The translations under genes were made by a program, and so were the position numbers. The notes under the pieces were generated by a model. That model worked only from the letters and a program-made list of their open reading frames with translations, was not told the origin of the DNA and ran no database searches. A DNA stretch of 64,000 bases from Campylobacterales bacterium (GTDB lineage Bacteria; Campylobacterota; Campylobacteria; Campylobacterales; QNZT01): positions 27,836 to 91,835 of the forward strand of contig JALVVR010000017.1 of the NCBI GenBank assembly GCA_027023305.1. Direction: 5' to 3'. Of this stretch, positions 59,596 through 64,000 are shown piece after piece. Within the stretch, counting starts at the first letter, position 1; every line of letters starts with the position of its first letter.

Positions 59596-60456
59596 TTATT
59601 TAGGAACTCTAAGTCTTTGTCCTACATGAATAAGGTTTGGATTTTTTATTATATTAGGATTTGCTGCATATATTTTATTATACTTTGTAGCATCACCATA
59701 AGCTCTAAATGCTATTTTAGAAATAGAATCACCTCTTTTTACTACTATTATTCTCATCGCATTTGCTCTTACTTTAGTTTCACCAGAAATCATCTTTGTA
59801 TAAGTAGATTTTTTAGCTTTTGCTTGATCTTTCTTCATGATTGTGTTCAGTTTTGCATATAGTTTTGCTAAATCATCTTTTGTAGCTACATTTTCTTTTT
59901 TGATTATGACTTTATTAAATGTATCTGCTTGTTTTTTCCCTTTAGTCTTTAGCTTTTTTTTAGTGTTAACACTATCAAGACCAGATAAGTCTATATCTTC
60001 ATTTTTAGTACAATCAACATTTGTTGATTGTAAGTTATTTAAAAGTTCTGCATCATCAACTTCAGTTGGAGTATTTTTATTTTGAGGAGTTTCTACTTGT
60101 TGAGGCTGTTGTTGTTTTGTTTGCCCAGTTTTTTTCATTTGGGATAAAACACTCTTAACAATAGATGCTATCTCCTCTTGTTTTATATTTGAACTACTCG
60201 CTTTTACTGCATTTGTAACTTTTTGTTCAACACTATCTCTCTTCATGACAGGTGCTTGTATTGGAGTAATCTGTTTTACTACTTTTGCTTCACTTTTAAA
60301 CAAAAACTTATAACCAATAGCTCCCAGTACTATAACTCCTAAAAGAAGTAGTAAAACTACTAGAGCTTTTATTATCGTACTCATTAAAGAGCCATCATTA
60401 GAACTATCTTCATCTACATTAAATTTCATATAATCATCTCTTAAATCACTCATCAT
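59596..60456 (-). CDS. Membrane-anchored LysM-domain protein
   Basis: N-terminal TM, a Q/K-rich linker, and a C-terminal LysM (VVKRGDSISKIAFRAYGDATKYNKIYAANP...GQRLRVP). Confidence 0.85.
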   Translation of the reverse strand: MMSDLRDDYMKFNVDEDSSNDGSLMSTIIKALVVLLLLLGVIVLGAIGYKFLFKSEAKVVKQITPIQAPVMKRDSVEQKVTNAVKASSSNIKQEEIASIVKSVLSQMKKTGQTKQQQPQQVETPQNKNTPTEVDDAELLNNLQSTNVDCTKNEDIDLSGLDSVNTKKKLKTKGKKQADTFNKVIIKKENVATKDDLAKLYAKLNTIMKKDQAKAKKSTYTKMISGETKVRANAMRIIVVKRGDSISKIAFRAYGDATKYNKIYAANPNIIKNPNLIHVGQRLRVPK

Positions 60457-61099
60457 CTCTCCCTATTGTTTTTTTTGGTTTTAGTAAATTTATACCAAGT
60501 ATTTGCCAGTACTGCATACCACCTCGATAATACTTTATCTTTGACTTTGGATAACCTAGTTTTACCAAGTTTTTCATAGCTGCTACTCCTTGTTGGCACC
60601 AAGGCCCGTTGTCAAATACTAAAAGATCCATAGCATCTGAAAAATCCCATTTTCCATTTTTTTTCTCAGCAGCAAAAAGTTCCAACATTTGATCTATGTA
60701 TTGGCTTCCAAGGCTTATTGAAAGTACACTAAAAGGAACATTTAAAGCTCCTGGGATTGTACCTTGCATATACCATTGAGGTAATCTTGCATCTATTAAA
60801 AGCCCTTCATTGTTCTCTACTTTGTCTTTTATAAAGTTTACTACATCTATCTCTGATACTGTATGAATCCCAGGAATTGGCTCCATTTTTTGTATACAAA
60901 AAGGAGGACAAGGACGAGAAGTTTTTGTATAAGAGTTTCGAAGCTTATGCTTAGTATCTTGAATTCTCTCTATTCTCACATTTTTACCATTTACATCTAC
61001 ATTTACATATGGTAAGTTTTTCGTTAAGTTTACCTCTAAAGCAAAAGAACTGCTAAGAAATAGAGAAGATAAGAGAGTACCGTTTAAAAATCTTTTCAT
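60446..61099 (-). CDS. Periplasmic rhodanese-like domain protein
   Basis: Signal peptide. LLIDARLPQWYMQGTIPGALNVPF. Candidate active-site Cys in GPWCQQG. Confidence 0.75.
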   Translation of the reverse strand: MKRFLNGTLLSSLFLSSSFALEVNLTKNLPYVNVDVNGKNVRIERIQDTKHKLRNSYTKTSRPCPPFCIQKMEPIPGIHTVSEIDVVNFIKDKVENNEGLLIDARLPQWYMQGTIPGALNVPFSVLSISLGSQYIDQMLELFAAEKKNGKWDFSDAMDLLVFDNGPWCQQGVAAMKNLVKLGYPKSKIKYYRGGMQYWQILGINLLKPKKTIGRDDE

Positions 61100-61264
61100 T
61101 TTACACCTTCAAAAGTTTTATTGTTTGTATTATAATATATATTCCGGTTATTTACAATAAAATTATAGTTAAATTAAATATCATATAGGTCGATATGTAA
61201 ATATCAGATAAATTTTTACAAATCTTCACACTTTTAGATGATTTGTATATGAAAAAGGGTAACA

Positions 61265-62077
61265 ATGGCATTTTTTGACTTGCTTATTAAAAAGAAAAAG
61301 CGAAATATTAGAGATGAGATTACATATATTACTAAAAATATAAAGATAACAGGAAAGATGATAAGTGCTAGTCCTCTATTTATTGATAGTAAAGTTGAAG
61401 GAGATTTGAAAGTTAACAATACAGTGATTCTTTCAAAAAAAGCAGAAGTAGAGGGAAATATTCAAGCTAAAAATATTCTTGTTTATGGAAAGATAAAAGG
61501 AAAAGTAAAAACTAAAAATCTTGAAGTTTATGAGAATGCACAAGTTAGAGGAAACTTAAATGTAAAAAAAGTCTATATAAATGGTGAAGTTATAGGTAGT
61601 ATTGGAGGAGAGGGAGTTTTTATAGATAAAAAAGGAGTAGCAAGAAGTGCTATTCAAGCTAAAAAAACTGCTATAAGTGGTATCATAGATGGTGTTTTGG
61701 CAACAGATATTTTAGAGTTAAATCATAATGGACATGTAAAGGGAGATGTTTTTGTAAATAAAATCTCAAAAAAACATGGAAAAGTAGAGGGATCAATAGA
61801 AGGATATAAAGATATTTTATCAAATGATAAAAAATTTAGCTATGATTATGAAGATAGTGTAGAAAAAATGAGTAAAGAAGTAGTTGTCTATATGGATTAT
61901 GAAAATAAAATAATAGATTTGATAAAAAGAAACTTTGAGAATGAAAATGTTTTACAAGTTTTGGTAAAAATGCTAAAATACAGCGAAGAAAACGATAAAA
62001 AGCTAAATAAAATAATTCAAGCTATAGAGTATAAAAAGTCTCATGAAAATGAGTTTATAGATGTAAATGCTGAGTAA
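61265..62077 (+). CDS. Bactofilin (DUF583) with a ~100-aa C-terminal extension
   Basis: Repetitive beta-helix pattern: VEGDLKV..AEVEGNIQAKNILVYGKIKGKV..NLEVYENAQVRGNL. Confidence 0.85.
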   Translation: MAFFDLLIKKKKRNIRDEITYITKNIKITGKMISASPLFIDSKVEGDLKVNNTVILSKKAEVEGNIQAKNILVYGKIKGKVKTKNLEVYENAQVRGNLNVKKVYINGEVIGSIGGEGVFIDKKGVARSAIQAKKTAISGIIDGVLATDILELNHNGHVKGDVFVNKISKKHGKVEGSIEGYKDILSNDKKFSYDYEDSVEKMSKEVVVYMDYENKIIDLIKRNFENENVLQVLVKMLKYSEENDKKLNKIIQAIEYKKSHENEFIDVNAE

Positions 62078-62086
62078 GGAAAGTAA

Positions 62087-62434
62087 ATGAGTAAAAAAAG
62101 AAATACAATTAAAAGAAATATTAAACTTTTAAGCTGGAGTGCTTTTTTAGGTTTTATAACTATCACGATATTTTCTATATACAATACTTATGTATATTTA
62201 CAAAACTTGAAAAATGTAAAAACGATAGTCGAACTGATAGATTCAAATACTTCAGCAAATACAAAAGAAGAAGTTATACAGGCTCTCTCTTCCCATGTTC
62301 ATACTTTAGCAATTATACTTCTATTTTTAGCTATGTTTGGTTTTGTTTTCTCTGCTATTGTATTTTATTTTGCAAGAAAGATAAAAAAGGAGACAAATCA
62401 AAAGATCCATGCTATGGATTGGATAATAGAATAG
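62087..62434 (+). CDS. Two-TM membrane protein between the bactofilin genes
   Basis: 115 aa with two hydrophobic helices. No motif recognised. Confidence 0.55.
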   Translation: MSKKRNTIKRNIKLLSWSAFLGFITITIFSIYNTYVYLQNLKNVKTIVELIDSNTSANTKEEVIQALSSHVHTLAIILLFLAMFGFVFSAIVFYFARKIKKETNQKIHAMDWIIE

Positions 62435-62444
62435 GAGATTTTAA

Positions 62445-63212
62445 GTGTTTGATAGTAAAAAAGAGATAAAAATAAATCCTAATCAAACAACAACTTTGCA
62501 GTCATATAATACTAAAGTTATAGGTGATATAGTAGGGCATGATGGTGTAAATATTGAGGGAATTGTAGATGGCTGTATTATTATAGATAATATGGTTTTT
62601 ATAAGAAAAGATGCTGAAGTTAAGGGTAAAATCCAAGCCTATCATGTGATAGTAGAGGGAGAAGTAAAAGGTAGAATAGAGTGCGATTTTTTAGAGATAA
62701 AAAAAGATGCAGTTGTTAAGGCAAATGTTGAAGCTAGAGAGATTAAACTAGCAGGAAAACTTCAAGGAGAGATAATATCTTATGACTTAACCTTAGAAGA
62801 AGGAGGCTATCTAGGAACTAAAGTTCAAACCAACAGATTGACTGCATCTGGAACAATAGTAGGTGAAGTAGCAGTGGATACACTTTTGCTAAAAGAGAGT
62901 GCTTATATCAAAGGTAATATATATGTAAACTCTTTCATGAATGAAGGGGCTTCCGTAAAAGGAGAGATAAAAGATTATAAAACACTACTAGAAATGAAAA
63001 CTTCTATAAGTCCAAATCAAGCCCAAAATCTTAAAGATTTAAAACTATCCATAGAAAAATACATCAAAAATTCTGAGTTTATAAATGAAATCTTAAGACA
63101 AAAAACAGATATAGATGTAAAAGTAGATAATCTCATCGGATTTATAAGAGAAAATATAGGAGATAGTGAAGAGATAAAAAAAGTTTCAAGGCTTATCAAC
63201 TATAAAGGATGA
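62445..63212 (+). CDS. Second bactofilin (DUF583) with a C-terminal extension
   Basis: GTG start. NIEGIVDG..AEVKGKIQAYHVIVEGEVKGRIE..LEIKKDAVVKANV. Confidence 0.85.
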   Translation: MFDSKKEIKINPNQTTTLQSYNTKVIGDIVGHDGVNIEGIVDGCIIIDNMVFIRKDAEVKGKIQAYHVIVEGEVKGRIECDFLEIKKDAVVKANVEAREIKLAGKLQGEIISYDLTLEEGGYLGTKVQTNRLTASGTIVGEVAVDTLLLKESAYIKGNIYVNSFMNEGASVKGEIKDYKTLLEMKTSISPNQAQNLKDLKLSIEKYIKNSEFINEILRQKTDIDVKVDNLIGFIRENIGDSEEIKKVSRLINYKG

Positions 63213-63972
63213 TAATCTCCTCCTTTAACTCTATCCCAAACTCATCTAAAACTCTGCTTTTAGCTTCACTTATCAAACTATAAGCATCATCAAATGAAGC
63301 ATTTCCCATATTTACTAAAAAGTTGGCATGAACCTCACTCCACATAGCATTGCCAACTCTTTTGCCCTTAAGTCCAACAGCTTCTATAAGTCGCCCAGCA
63401 TAATCTCCATCAGGATTTTTAAAAACACTTCCAGCACTAGGCTCTTTTGGTTGATTTTGTCTCATCTTTGTAAACTCATCTAAAAGAGTATAATCAAATC
63501 CTTTTTTTATCTCAAAAGTAGCTTCAAAGATAGGCTCATCTATATTAGTAAATCTATATCCAAACTCTAACTCTTCTTTTGTATAAACCCCACTAAGTAA
63601 AGTAACATCTACTAAGGAGTTAAATATCTCATAAACTTTCATACCTGCATTCATCTTTACAAGTCCACCTAGAGTTCCTGGAAGTTTGCCTAAAAATTCT
63701 AAACCACCTATATCTCTTTTTTTACAGTATGAAAATATCCTACCACTCTTAGTAGCTCCACCTATCTTTAAAAGCCTATCTTCTTCTTTGCTATACTCAA
63801 ATTCTTTTCCCAGTACTACTAAAGGTGGAGGAGTAGGGGATACCAAAAGATTGTTTGCCCCACCTACTAAAAATCGTCCATCAAGTGGCTCTTTTTCTCT
63901 CATGACATCCACTCTTATAGGAGTTCCTATCTTTATAGAACTAAACTTACTAAAGTCTATAATCCTACTCAT
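63196..63972 (-). CDS. murB: UDP-N-acetylenolpyruvoylglucosamine reductase (short epsilon-type MurB)
   Basis: 258 aa. FSSIKIG, GGANNLLVSP, SAGSVFKNP. Confidence 0.9.
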   Translation of the reverse strand: MSRIIDFSKFSSIKIGTPIRVDVMREKEPLDGRFLVGGANNLLVSPTPPPLVVLGKEFEYSKEEDRLLKIGGATKSGRIFSYCKKRDIGGLEFLGKLPGTLGGLVKMNAGMKVYEIFNSLVDVTLLSGVYTKEELEFGYRFTNIDEPIFEATFEIKKGFDYTLLDEFTKMRQNQPKEPSAGSVFKNPDGDYAGRLIEAVGLKGKRVGNAMWSEVHANFLVNMGNASFDDAYSLISEAKSRVLDEFGIELKEEIIILYS

Positions 63973-64000
63973 CTAATAAACTCTGGTATTAGATTTATAA

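Overview
This is a low-GC chromosomal segment. Its gene content and order look like Campylobacterota (epsilonproteobacteria, Sulfurimonas/Arcobacter-like); that placement is inference only.

**Core backbone**
- A complete S10-spc-alpha ribosomal superoperon (rpsJ..infA and rpmJ..rplQ), with no rpmD and no adk.
- nfu, murE, panD, ispA, tkt, hisZ-purA-fliJ and carA.
- ccoNOQP with accessory genes, then addBA.
- A chained wHTH/LolA-like/barrel/MMPL export cluster.
- rplM-rpsI, a two-component system, aspC, rpsU, a bactofilin pair and murB.

**Accessory material is concentrated in a few places**
1. 0.4-3.5 kb: a cassette-like block just upstream of the rpsJ promoter.
   - It holds two DUF1566 genes, an Avd-like four-helix-bundle gene and brnTA.
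   - One DUF1566 gene is a lipoprotein gene switched off by a G10 tract and two nonsense codons.
   - The modules are separated by copies of an AGTGAA/TTCACT palindromic repeat.
   - The last ~145 nt of the two DUF1566 genes differ in a pattern like that of a diversity-generating retroelement.
2. 14.6-15.9 kb: vapBC and a histidine-kinase remnant wedged between infA and rpmJ.
3. 21.1-28.3 kb: a four-gene overlapping operon, the strongest candidate here for an undescribed defence-type system.
   - Gene order is a HipB-like HTH, a 1584-aa nuclease/STAND NTPase, a 288-aa orphan and a HipA kinase.
4. 46.9-47.6 kb: a frameshifted multihaem cytochrome c.
5. 52.6-53.1 kb: decayed PIN/antitoxin fragments.

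I recognised no rRNA, tRNA, CRISPR array, transposase, integrase or reverse transcriptase. All protein calls rest on motif recall and hand translation; no database searches were run.
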